Source: a virus (lineage: Duplodnaviria; Caudoviricetes). From it: a stretch of 64,000 nucleotides of DNA. Within the stretch, counting starts at the first letter, position 1. Every line of letters begins with the position of its first letter. A program made the translations under genes and the position numbers. This document shows, piece after piece, positions 7,268 to 15,881 of this stretch. The notes beneath the pieces are model-generated. The model saw only the letters and a program-made list of their open reading frames with translations, did no database searches and was not told where the DNA came from. Location: positions 256,001 to 320,000 of the IMG/VR virus record IMGVR_UViG_3300021431_000076. One strand, 5' to 3'.

Positions 7268-9870
7268 TGAGAAAAATGATCATCATGAGGGGCTTACCTG
7301 GTTCTGGTAAGTCCACATGGATTAGACAACATGACCTAGAGGACTATACTCTATCTCCTGATAATATTAGAAAGATTGTTGCTAATCCTGTCATGAGAAT
7401 AGATATTCCATACTTCACTGTAGATCAGACTAGAGATTTCATTGCATGGGGTATTCTGTTTGATGTTCTGGAGCAGAGAATGCAGAGAGGTAACTTTACT
7501 GTTATTGATGCTACAACTCTTACTGCAGACCAGTTCAATAGATATAAAAAGCTTATTGAGAGATATAAGTATAGAGCATTGATAGTAGACTTTACTGATA
7601 TGCCTCTAGAAGAGATCAAGAAGCAGAATGCAGAAAGAGCTAATACAGTAGGTTATGTTCCTGAATGGGCTATTGATAGGCTCTATACCAGATGGGAGAA
7701 TACTGAAGAGTTTATTAAGTCTAATAAGTTTAAGATTATTAAGCCTACCGACTTCTATGAGTTTGATAAGTTCATGTCTATGAAACCTCTTCAGCTAGAT
7801 GAAATGGGTTTCAAGAAAGTAGTATTCATTGGTGATATTCATGGTTGCTGGTCTGCATTGAATAACTACTTTAAGGATACTACTCCTAATGATCATCCTG
7901 ATACATTCTATATATTCTTAGGTGATTATTTGGATAGAGGCCCTGAGAATGTGGAGACTTTCAAACACTTATACGATTGGAGGGAATGCAAGAACGTCTT
8001 ATTACTGCAAGGTAATCATGAAGATCATTGGAAGAATTTTGTTCATGATAATATACCAGATGATGCTTATGAGAAGATTGATTTCTTTAAAGAAACTCTT
8101 CCTCAGTTAACTGAAGCTGGTATCACTAAGAAAGATATCGCTAGATTAGCTGATAGACTTGGTCAGTGTGCTTACTTGCAGAATAAGTTTACTCAAATTT
8201 TAGCTACTCATGCTGGTATCAATGGTATGATTAAAACTTATGAAGATGGTAAGAAGATAGCTACTAGCTTCTATGATTCTTATTTCCTTACTAAGATGAA
8301 TACCTATCAAATGGTACATGGTGTTGGTGGATATGGTGATGTAAATAAGATTGCTGAACAGTGGGAAGAATTCATCAATGTTTCTAAAGGTCAAATCAAA
8401 GGTGGAGAATTCAAATTCTACCAAATCTTTGGTCATAGAAATGATGATAAACTTCCTGTTCAAGTATCTGAACATGTCTTCAATTTAGAGGGTGGAGTAT
8501 CTATCCTTCTCAATGAGAATGCTAGACTTAGAATAGTAGAGTATGATGTTGAGAATGATACTATGACTCCTGTGGAGGTCATAAATCCTAAGTGGAATAT
8601 AGGTTATGAGAATACTCCTAATCCTCATACTGCTCTTATCAAAGATAGAATGATTAGAGCTAAGGGTCTTATCAATGTGAAGAGATTGCATGATAATGTA
8701 TGTGCATTCAACTTCTCTCATGATGCTTGGTATTCTAAAGGGTGGAATAGTCTTACTTGTACTGCAAGAGGATTGTTCATAGACGTGGAAAAGAATGAAG
8801 TAGTTGCTAGATCTTACGATAAGTTCTTCAATTACAAAGAAAGAAGAGAGACAAAAGATCTTGATCAGATGCTTAGACATATCAAGTATCCTGTAAGTGT
8901 ATATGAAAAATATAATGGCTTCCTTGGTATTCTTTCTACATACAATGGAGAATTACTGTTTTGCAGTAAGTCTGAGGATCATTTATCCACTTACAAGAGT
9001 AATAGCGATTATGTACCTCCTCTTGGTAAGAAGATTGAGTATGCCATTAAGGATGGTCTGCGGGCTATTATCCCAAAAGAGAAGCAAGAAAAGTTAAAGC
9101 ATTGGTTTGATGAGCATGAATATTATTCCATGTCTAGAATAGTAAATAAACATCTTATCGACCATAGACAACCATCTAACTGCATGGCTCTTCTCTTCAA
9201 AGAGAACTTTGAAAAGCTTGTTCCTATAGAAACTCAGGAGAAGATTAAGAAGTTCTTACTAGAAAAGAACTGCTCTATGCTATTTGAAGTAATTGATCCT
9301 GAAAGAGATCCTCATATCGTTGTATATGATAAACCTAGAGTAGTATTACTTGATATCGTATATAATGATATTGAGAAGCCAGCAACTCTCTTCAGTTATA
9401 AGAATCTGCAGAATCTAAATAATGGTGTCTTCCATATTGATCTCAAAGAGCAAGTAGAAGTCATTAAAGATGAAGAACATTTTAGAGCATTTGTAGAAGG
9501 ATTCTATGGTTCTACTCATCTTAACAAAGAAGGATTTGTATGTAAAGATGCTGAAGGATTCATGCTCAAGTTCAAGACAGCAGATTATAAGTTCTGGAAA
9601 TGTATAAGAACTATGCTTGATAGTATCAATGATAGTGAGTATGGAGCTGTTCCTACATTCAAGCATACTTGTCCTTACTTATCTGCTGAATTTGATTCTA
9701 CTGTGGTTCAATACTATAGTGAAAAGTTTGATAATCTACTAGAATTCTTATTAGAAAAGTTTGGTCAAGAGAGAAGAGATGAACGTATAATATTACCTCC
9801 TAACTTCTTAATCAAACCAGATGGTAGTAGATACAATCTTATCGAAATTCGTAAAATGGCAAACATGTAA
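7267..9870 (+). CDS. polynucleotide kinase / metallophosphoesterase / RNA ligase (Rnl1-type) RNA repair enzyme
   Basis: GLPGSGKS and VIDAT kinase; GDIHG, GDYLDRG, GNHE phosphoesterase; ARGLF..VVARSYDKFFN, EKYNG, EGFV and LKFK ligase motifs. Confidence 0.88.
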   Translation: MRKMIIMRGLPGSGKSTWIRQHDLEDYTLSPDNIRKIVANPVMRIDIPYFTVDQTRDFIAWGILFDVLEQRMQRGNFTVIDATTLTADQFNRYKKLIERYKYRALIVDFTDMPLEEIKKQNAERANTVGYVPEWAIDRLYTRWENTEEFIKSNKFKIIKPTDFYEFDKFMSMKPLQLDEMGFKKVVFIGDIHGCWSALNNYFKDTTPNDHPDTFYIFLGDYLDRGPENVETFKHLYDWRECKNVLLLQGNHEDHWKNFVHDNIPDDAYEKIDFFKETLPQLTEAGITKKDIARLADRLGQCAYLQNKFTQILATHAGINGMIKTYEDGKKIATSFYDSYFLTKMNTYQMVHGVGGYGDVNKIAEQWEEFINVSKGQIKGGEFKFYQIFGHRNDDKLPVQVSEHVFNLEGGVSILLNENARLRIVEYDVENDTMTPVEVINPKWNIGYENTPNPHTALIKDRMIRAKGLINVKRLHDNVCAFNFSHDAWYSKGWNSLTCTARGLFIDVEKNEVVARSYDKFFNYKERRETKDLDQMLRHIKYPVSVYEKYNGFLGILSTYNGELLFCSKSEDHLSTYKSNSDYVPPLGKKIEYAIKDGLRAIIPKEKQEKLKHWFDEHEYYSMSRIVNKHLIDHRQPSNCMALLFKENFEKLVPIETQEKIKKFLLEKNCSMLFEVIDPERDPHIVVYDKPRVVLLDIVYNDIEKPATLFSYKNLQNLNNGVFHIDLKEQVEVIKDEEHFRAFVEGFYGSTHLNKEGFVCKDAEGFMLKFKTADYKFWKCIRTMLDSINDSEYGAVPTFKHTCPYLSAEFDSTVVQYYSEKFDNLLEFLLEKFGQERRDERIILPPNFLIKPDGSRYNLIEIRKMANM

Positions 9871-9925
9871 ATGTTAAGAGTAGGGATCATTAGATCCCTA
9901 CTTATTTTATTAAGGAGATGATAAT

Positions 9926-10498
9926 ATGATAGAAGCTATAATTATAGATAAACTTATCGGAATGGCCAAATGGTTTAATTTCATTGGCTGGGTTATATCT
10001 ACATTGATATTTATATGGACACTTTCACGAGGAATAAGAGATACAGGTTATGGTGGAGAAGAATGGTCTATAGATTATTATAATATAGCTCAAAGAGAAG
10101 ATAGATTTACAAATCTTACAATTCTTTTCTGTATCATACAAACAATCATTTTATTTAATCCATTAACATTAAATGGATTTCCTCACACACAAGCTATTTA
10201 TGATGCATTTGAAGGGGTGTATTGTTATCTAGTTATGTTTAGTATAAATCATATACCATATAGGATTTTCAGTATACCAATGCTAGCATTATTATTACTA
10301 CACTATAGATCTATTCTTTCTAATAATAAGGGTAAAGGAACATGTTATGATTATGAAGAACAAATAACCAGATCTAAGTTTATAAATACTACAATGATCA
10401 TAATAGTAGCGCTATTCATTCAAGTAGCAGCATATTTGTTAGTTCCATCAAATGATTTTATAATACACAATATAGCTGGAATAGATTTAGAATTGTAA
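9926..10498 (+). CDS. multi-pass membrane protein
   Basis: about four hydrophobic segments. Confidence 0.65.
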   Translation: MIEAIIIDKLIGMAKWFNFIGWVISTLIFIWTLSRGIRDTGYGGEEWSIDYYNIAQREDRFTNLTILFCIIQTIILFNPLTLNGFPHTQAIYDAFEGVYCYLVMFSINHIPYRIFSIPMLALLLLHYRSILSNNKGKGTCYDYEEQITRSKFINTTMIIIVALFIQVAAYLLVPSNDFIIHNIAGIDLEL

Positions 10499-10581
10499 AA
10501 AGCTACATTTATGCAGACTAATATTTAGAACAGTTATATACTATATACATGTAAAGTTTAAACGTATAGGAGGTTTGTATT

Positions 10582-11283
10582 ATGGCTACTAAAGAAGTGC
10601 TTACTATTGCTCAGATTATTGCTGAGTGTAAGTCTACACAAAATAAAATCTTCACTGTCATTGGTGATAGAGATTTTCGTCTAGTAGAATATTATATTAA
10701 GGCTAAGCCTTATATTGGTGCTCGTAACATTGCAGAAGAAGAAGAAAGAATCACTTCTGATGCTGATAAGATCTCTGATCTTATGGTTCGCCTTGATGCT
10801 CTTACTAAAGCTCGCATTAAGGCTAATGCTGAAACTATGGTTAAAGTTCCTGAGCAGCTTTCCCTCAAAGATCTCTTTGCAGGTAAAGAAGCTAAGGTAG
10901 AAGAGATCAGCATTGCTGAAGCTATTAATCGTAAGAAGTACTATATAAACTTCATGAAGTCTATTATAGCTAACTTCGAACGTCAGCTTTCTAATGCATC
11001 TTCTCGGAAAGGTCAGCTTGAATATGAGGCTGCTAATCTTGTCAATCATGACCTTGACCAGCAGTTCCCTCGCGATGTTCAAAAGAACTGGTCTACGGAT
11101 GCACAGAAAAAAGCTCGTGAAGAGCTTGAAAAGAAGTATGAAGTAGTTCGTCTTGATCCTAAAAACATCATTTCGAATGACTCTATTAATAAGCTCAAAA
11201 CTTCGGTAATGGACTATATTGATAAGATAGATACTACTCTGTCTATCATTAATGCTAAGACTGAAGTCACCATTGAGTACTAA
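10582..11283 (+). CDS. alpha-helical coiled-coil protein (resembles DUF6847/DIP1984-like hypothetical proteins), candidate RNA-binding oligomer
   Basis: LTIAQIIAE, SIAEAINRKK, LDPK and IDTTLSIINAKTEVTIEY pattern; own early promoter at 10535; frequent CGT/GCT codons suggest high expression. Family assignment is from memory, not a search. Confidence 0.6.
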   Translation: MATKEVLTIAQIIAECKSTQNKIFTVIGDRDFRLVEYYIKAKPYIGARNIAEEEERITSDADKISDLMVRLDALTKARIKANAETMVKVPEQLSLKDLFAGKEAKVEEISIAEAINRKKYYINFMKSIIANFERQLSNASSRKGQLEYEAANLVNHDLDQQFPRDVQKNWSTDAQKKAREELEKKYEVVRLDPKNIISNDSINKLKTSVMDYIDKIDTTLSIINAKTEVTIEY

Positions 11284-11287
11284 TATC

Positions 11288-11995
11288 TGATAAGTTTATT
11301 GCTTGGGAGACCAAAATATAAAATCAATCAACCCTTTTCTTTACTTGAGAAGTTGGTTCTTTTGGGGTTATAAAAGAACTTAAATTCTCTTAATGAATTC
11401 TTTAGAAAAAAAGAATCAGCGACTCATAATCGCTACATAATAAGGCAGATAAAGCAACGATCTTTTAAATCGTGTTAGCTTATCACATCTGGCATTAATA
11501 TAAAGATATGCCACCAGGAGACTTTAAACCTTTAAAGATTTAAATTTATAAAGTCTAAACTTTTAAACCTTTAAAAAGCCCCTCCAGAATTGACAGGCTC
11601 ATATAGATACCTAATAGCAAAGGGGCACTTTAACTTTATAAACTTTTATAAACGATTGGCAATAATATAATTTAAAACTTCCAATCATTATAAACCTTTA
11701 AAGATTTAAACTTATAAACCAAATCCTATACTAGCAACACTGTTACTCGAAGAGGGTCACTGAGGTGTTTGATTGACCTCAAATATCAGTTATAGGTGAT
11801 TAACCTGAGCATAAATTTATAAATAAAATGAGATTGCAATTTATTATCATCTTTGTAGCGAATCAAATGCTGCATGGTAGCTACGGTAATTTTTCCAGAA
11901 CCTAGCTCTAGTTTACATTTAAATTTAATCTCATTGATTTGCCGTTAAATTAAATTATTGATTGGATGGCAAAGTCGCGTAACTTAAAAAATCAT
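11288..11995 (+). ncRNA. putative large structured ncRNA with internal AAA-periodic repeat tracts
   Basis: no ORF of 60 aa or more over about 760 nt; more than 10 stems; 5-prime TAAGTT (11291) can pair with 3-prime AACTTA (11981); terminator directly after. Confidence 0.7.
11521..11723 (+). repeat. three tracts of about 8-nt (NNNNT-AAA)n repeats
   Basis: 11521-11577, 11627-11652, 11687-11723; exact 20-mer TAAACCTTTAAAGATTTAAA at 11525 and 11691. Confidence 0.8.
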
Positions 11996-12000
11996 ACACT

Positions 12001-12048
12001 AAATACAGGTAGACTCCTTGTGAGTCTACCTGTATTTTTTCTTTTTTT
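12001..12048 (+). terminator. intrinsic terminator
   Basis: AAATACAGGTAGACTC/GAGTCTACCTGTATTT plus long T-run. Confidence 0.85.
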
Positions 12049-12105
12049 CAAGCATATATTATAGTAGTGATGAATGAATGTATTAAAAGAAAGGAAGGAT
12101 TCATC

Positions 12106-12450
12106 ATGATGGAAAACAAAGTAGTCGTAAACCTCTGCCCGCATCCGATTAACATTATTGCTTCTGATGGGAGCATCCGTAACTTTCCTAAATGTGAGGT
12201 ACCTGCAAGGGTATCCCAGTCTGAGGAAGTGGTTGGAAACATCCTTGGGGTGGAAATCACTCGCCAGAAGTTTGGCAAAGTTGAAAACCTTCCCGAGCCA
12301 CAGGAAGGTACTTATTTGGTTGTATCTCGCCTGGTTGTTGCGGCAGCTCAGGCAGAAGGGAGGGATATATCTGATCTGCTAATTCCTGGTCCTGGTGTAC
12401 GGGACGAAGAGGGACGGATAATAGGAGCCAAAGGCTTCTCCGTCCTGTAA
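12106..12450 (+). CDS. small conserved-looking phage protein (NLxPHxI...DLLxPG..VRDxxGRIIG), function unknown
   Basis: SD AAGGAAGG; own promoter and GGGGCTTCGGCCCC terminator; visibly GC-richer than neighbours. Confidence 0.7.
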   Translation: MMENKVVVNLCPHPINIIASDGSIRNFPKCEVPARVSQSEEVVGNILGVEITRQKFGKVENLPEPQEGTYLVVSRLVVAAAQAEGRDISDLLIPGPGVRDEEGRIIGAKGFSVL

Positions 12451-12548
12451 TTTACTCGGGGGCTTCGGCCCCTTTATTTTTTCTTTTTAATTTCAATTAT
12501 ATATTATATTAGTGATCCAATCAATTTATTTCAATGGAGGATGATATT

Positions 12549-12908
12549 ATGTATCAAAATTTAAATTCAAATCAAAACACGTTTGGTTATTCTTATCAGG
12601 ATAATCAACAATATGTGTCTGCTCCTTTGGTAGAGCAAACACTTGTCCATGATCAGCAACAACAAATGTATGGTTATGGAATGCATAATGTAGAATCAAA
12701 TAACAATCCTGTTCCAATACAGATGCAACCAAGTTATACTATAAACTATTATAATACTTATAATATAACAAATTCTGGCAATACATACACTAATACTAAC
12801 TGTAATAATAAGAATCTTGATCTGAGTATAGAGTTTTTTAAACCTTTAGCTAAAGGTGCTGGTATCGCAACTTTAGCTTTTATAGGTAGAAAACTACTTA
12901 AATTGTAA
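12549..12908 (+). CDS. Q/N/Y-rich low-complexity protein with hydrophobic/basic C-terminal helix
   Basis: SD GGAGG; own promoter and terminator. Confidence 0.6.
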   Translation: MYQNLNSNQNTFGYSYQDNQQYVSAPLVEQTLVHDQQQQMYGYGMHNVESNNNPVPIQMQPSYTINYYNTYNITNSGNTYTNTNCNNKNLDLSIEFFKPLAKGAGIATLAFIGRKLLKL

Positions 12909-13036
12909 TTTACAAAACAAGGGCTAAAAGCCCTTGTTTTTTTATATTTTTTTATCTATATATTATAACTATGATAAAGTCAAAGACCTGCATCATGGTG
13001 GTGCAGGCATGTTTATTTTGAAAGGAGGACTTTATC

Positions 13037-13687
13037 ATGGAAATGTTCGTATTCTCGAAAAAGGTTGATCAGAAATTAGTTGAATTAGGAGGTGTATTCA
13101 CGCAAGCAATTGTTTCTTGGCAGGAAACAGATTGGTACTGGAGCAAGTACCATGATAACTTTGAGGTTCTCGGTCACACGAGAAAATCAAAGAATGGATT
13201 CAAATTTAATGAGGGTAGAGTAGCCCTCTACCAGCCTGAAAAAGGCAAAGTCATGCTATTCAATAAATATGACAAAGAAACTGAAATGGAGGTGACTAAA
13301 GAGGAGTTTTTCTCTGATCCTGAAGTATGGATCGAATTAATGGATTCAGAAAAAGGAAAAGAGAAATTTAGGGAAGAACAAGAATATCTAGAAAAAAGAA
13401 GAAAGGAGGCTGAAGAAAAAGCTAAGCAATTACAAGCTTTAGCAGATAAATTGAATGAAGCACTCAAAAAGAAAGGAGGATTTAAATTTAAAGATAGTTT
13501 CTATGGAAGTGAGTATACTATTGAATATGTCACTGCTATAGGCAGTGCTTACATAGAAGCCACCGTGTGGAATGGTGGCTACGCCTACGGTCACAAATCT
13601 TGTTATGAATCGCTATTGTCGAAAATAGCAGATGCAACAAAAGAATACGGTTCTAAACAGGAATTGATTGAGGCAATACTCAAATAA
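13037..13687 (+). CDS. hypothetical protein with central coiled coil
   Basis: SD AAGGAGG; own promoter, 5-prime hairpin and terminator. Confidence 0.7.
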   Translation: MEMFVFSKKVDQKLVELGGVFTQAIVSWQETDWYWSKYHDNFEVLGHTRKSKNGFKFNEGRVALYQPEKGKVMLFNKYDKETEMEVTKEEFFSDPEVWIELMDSEKGKEKFREEQEYLEKRRKEAEEKAKQLQALADKLNEALKKKGGFKFKDSFYGSEYTIEYVTAIGSAYIEATVWNGGYAYGHKSCYESLLSKIADATKEYGSKQELIEAILK

Positions 13688-13777
13688 TGCTGTGGGGGCT
13701 TCGGCCTCCTTTTTTCTTTTTTAAATTTATTTTTATTTATATATTATATAGGTGTAGATGGAAGGAGGTGAAAGTTT

Positions 13778-14269
13778 ATGATTGATAAAGAGTCATTGTT
13801 TGATCTTTTTGAACAAATTAATGGTGTTAAACCACCAAAGAAGGTTGTCAAATCCGTTTCTAAATATTGCAAAGATAGAAAGAAACAATTATATGAAAAT
13901 AAGAGTTCAGAAATTGCTAATATAGTCTATAAGACTAAATTGAATTCTTATTATCTAAATAATGACAACCAAAAGGTTTCCGTTAAAGTAAATATAGAAT
14001 ATACGAACCATGCGTACAACCGCATAGCTTTACGGGAACTTAATCGCTTAGATCTAGAAACTGCTATTAAGAGGGGAATAAGCAAACTTTTTAGACTAAG
14101 TGATCGACTAGAAAGCGATTTTCAAATCTACTCTTCAAGATACTTTACTGTAATACCAGGTGCAGTATACTTTGATAGAGATAGACGGGTAATGAGAATA
14201 GTTATTAAGACTGCATTCACAGCTCCTAAACCTAATTTCAATATCCAAGATAAGCTGATCTATGTCTAA
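13778..14269 (+). CDS. hypothetical protein, possible RelE/DUF4258-like (BECR) RNase fold in the C-terminal half
   Basis: YTNHAYNRIALR motif and terminal IVIKTAF strand. Confidence 0.4.
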   Translation: MIDKESLFDLFEQINGVKPPKKVVKSVSKYCKDRKKQLYENKSSEIANIVYKTKLNSYYLNNDNQKVSVKVNIEYTNHAYNRIALRELNRLDLETAIKRGISKLFRLSDRLESDFQIYSSRYFTVIPGAVYFDRDRRVMRIVIKTAFTAPKPNFNIQDKLIYV

Positions 14270-14443
14270 AAAGTATGCTTGCTTAATCCTCAACCAGAGC
14301 AGCATTCTTTTTTGTAATTTTGATATTCTTTGCTTATATATTATAGGGTTGATATTTACCATTAGTGGTAGGCCTATGAGCCTACACTTACAGCTTTTTG
14401 TTTTTTTAGCGCCACATTCATATAATGAGAAAGGAGGACTATT

Positions 14444-15868
14444 ATGGATCCTAATACTATTAAAGTTCTATCTACAGAGGATCTTATCAATAGATTTGGA
14501 AGAACTGATTTATTACCTATACAGATAGATAGAGATTTCTATAAGAAAATGAGAACTAACTTAGTTGTACCTTCTACTAATCAATCATTCTCTATGGTAG
14601 TAGAATATATGACTAAATGGTTTTATGATAAATTCCCAGAGAAGTTCTTTAGAACTAAATATCTAGAAGCATCTCATATAATGGATTCATTAAGATCTAT
14701 AACACAAAAACAATTAGTAGGAAATGTAAAACCTGCAGCTACTATTGTGGCTGATCTAGATATGTCTTATACTAGAGAAAATCTAGACCTATATAATATG
14801 GGTATGCTCTTATATCAAAATAAATGCCATTATAAGGATGCCTTTTTTATAGATAGAGACAAACATCTCTTTGTTTCTCTTGCTACTGAATTGATACTGA
14901 TGAATTTTACCTTTAAGATAAGAGTGGATACTAGATCTATGCAAATTGATGTAGCTAAAATGTGTCAGTTAGCATTTAGAGCTGGAGGATCAGAGAAGCA
15001 TTATAATGATATAGACTTTCCTATTCCTAATGAGTTAATAATGCAAATAGCAGATGATGCTGGTTTTTGTCCTTGTACTTGTATGATGGATAACATTGAG
15101 TTGATGAAATACTTAAACTCTCATTCCAAACTACCATTCTTCTACAAACTAAATACTGCTACACAAAATATGGAATGGTTCATTAAGATTCCCCAATCTA
15201 TAATACATATCAAAGTAGGAGATGTACAGATTGGTTCTGGTATAATGAAAGGAATGATTAATGTTGACCATGATATTACATTTGATGCACAAGTTAGGTT
15301 CCCAGCGCCTAAGTTCTATGCGTATTACTCTATTATTGCTAGAGAAAACGTTAAGTCTATACATCAAATCAGCTCAGGTATGTATATACAGACTGTTACT
15401 AACCTATCTAGAGTTCCAGAGAAAGATGAGCATGGATGGCAATGGACAGTCCATACCGAATATGCTTTTAATGAAGAAAAAGAAATTGATGATATCAAAC
15501 ACGGAAGATATGAAGGATTAAAGATCTGTTTTGATGAGTTAATAGGAGATCTAAGAACAGTAATAGATTATACTAAGTCTATTGCTATATCTCCAGAGGT
15601 ATTCTTAAATATAAGGCTCTATAGTTTTGATAAGTTGGTTAAGACTCATATAGATTGGCAGACTTATACTATTCATATAGATGAACCTATAGAGTCTGCT
15701 AATTGTTATCTGATTATCTATATGGATAATAATTATATGAATGAACAGATATCCAATATTAAAGAGTATAGTAAGAATAGAATACAACCATCTGATAATC
15801 AGATTGGTCCTAATATAACTCCTAGAACAAGAACTCCTCAGTCTTCTAGTAGTTTAAGTAATCTATAG
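14444..15868 (+). CDS. probable virion structural protein
   Basis: 474 aa; late-type promoter CACA-TTCATA-TA at 14413; no enzyme motif recognised. Confidence 0.5.
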   Translation: MDPNTIKVLSTEDLINRFGRTDLLPIQIDRDFYKKMRTNLVVPSTNQSFSMVVEYMTKWFYDKFPEKFFRTKYLEASHIMDSLRSITQKQLVGNVKPAATIVADLDMSYTRENLDLYNMGMLLYQNKCHYKDAFFIDRDKHLFVSLATELILMNFTFKIRVDTRSMQIDVAKMCQLAFRAGGSEKHYNDIDFPIPNELIMQIADDAGFCPCTCMMDNIELMKYLNSHSKLPFFYKLNTATQNMEWFIKIPQSIIHIKVGDVQIGSGIMKGMINVDHDITFDAQVRFPAPKFYAYYSIIARENVKSIHQISSGMYIQTVTNLSRVPEKDEHGWQWTVHTEYAFNEEKEIDDIKHGRYEGLKICFDELIGDLRTVIDYTKSIAISPEVFLNIRLYSFDKLVKTHIDWQTYTIHIDEPIESANCYLIIYMDNNYMNEQISNIKEYSKNRIQPSDNQIGPNITPRTRTPQSSSSLSNL

Positions 15869-15881
15869 GAGGTGAAATTAG

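Noticed and set aside
11284-12000. Group I/II intron, tmRNA or CRISPR array
   Set aside because: The upstream ORF ends normally and the next gene has its own promoter, so there are no split exons. There are no tmRNA termini or tag ORF, and the repeats are about 8 nt without unique 30-40 nt spacers.
14262-14528. 88-aa ORF bridging 13778 and 14444
   Set aside because: It runs through terminator hairpins and the late promoter and overlaps the next gene out of frame.
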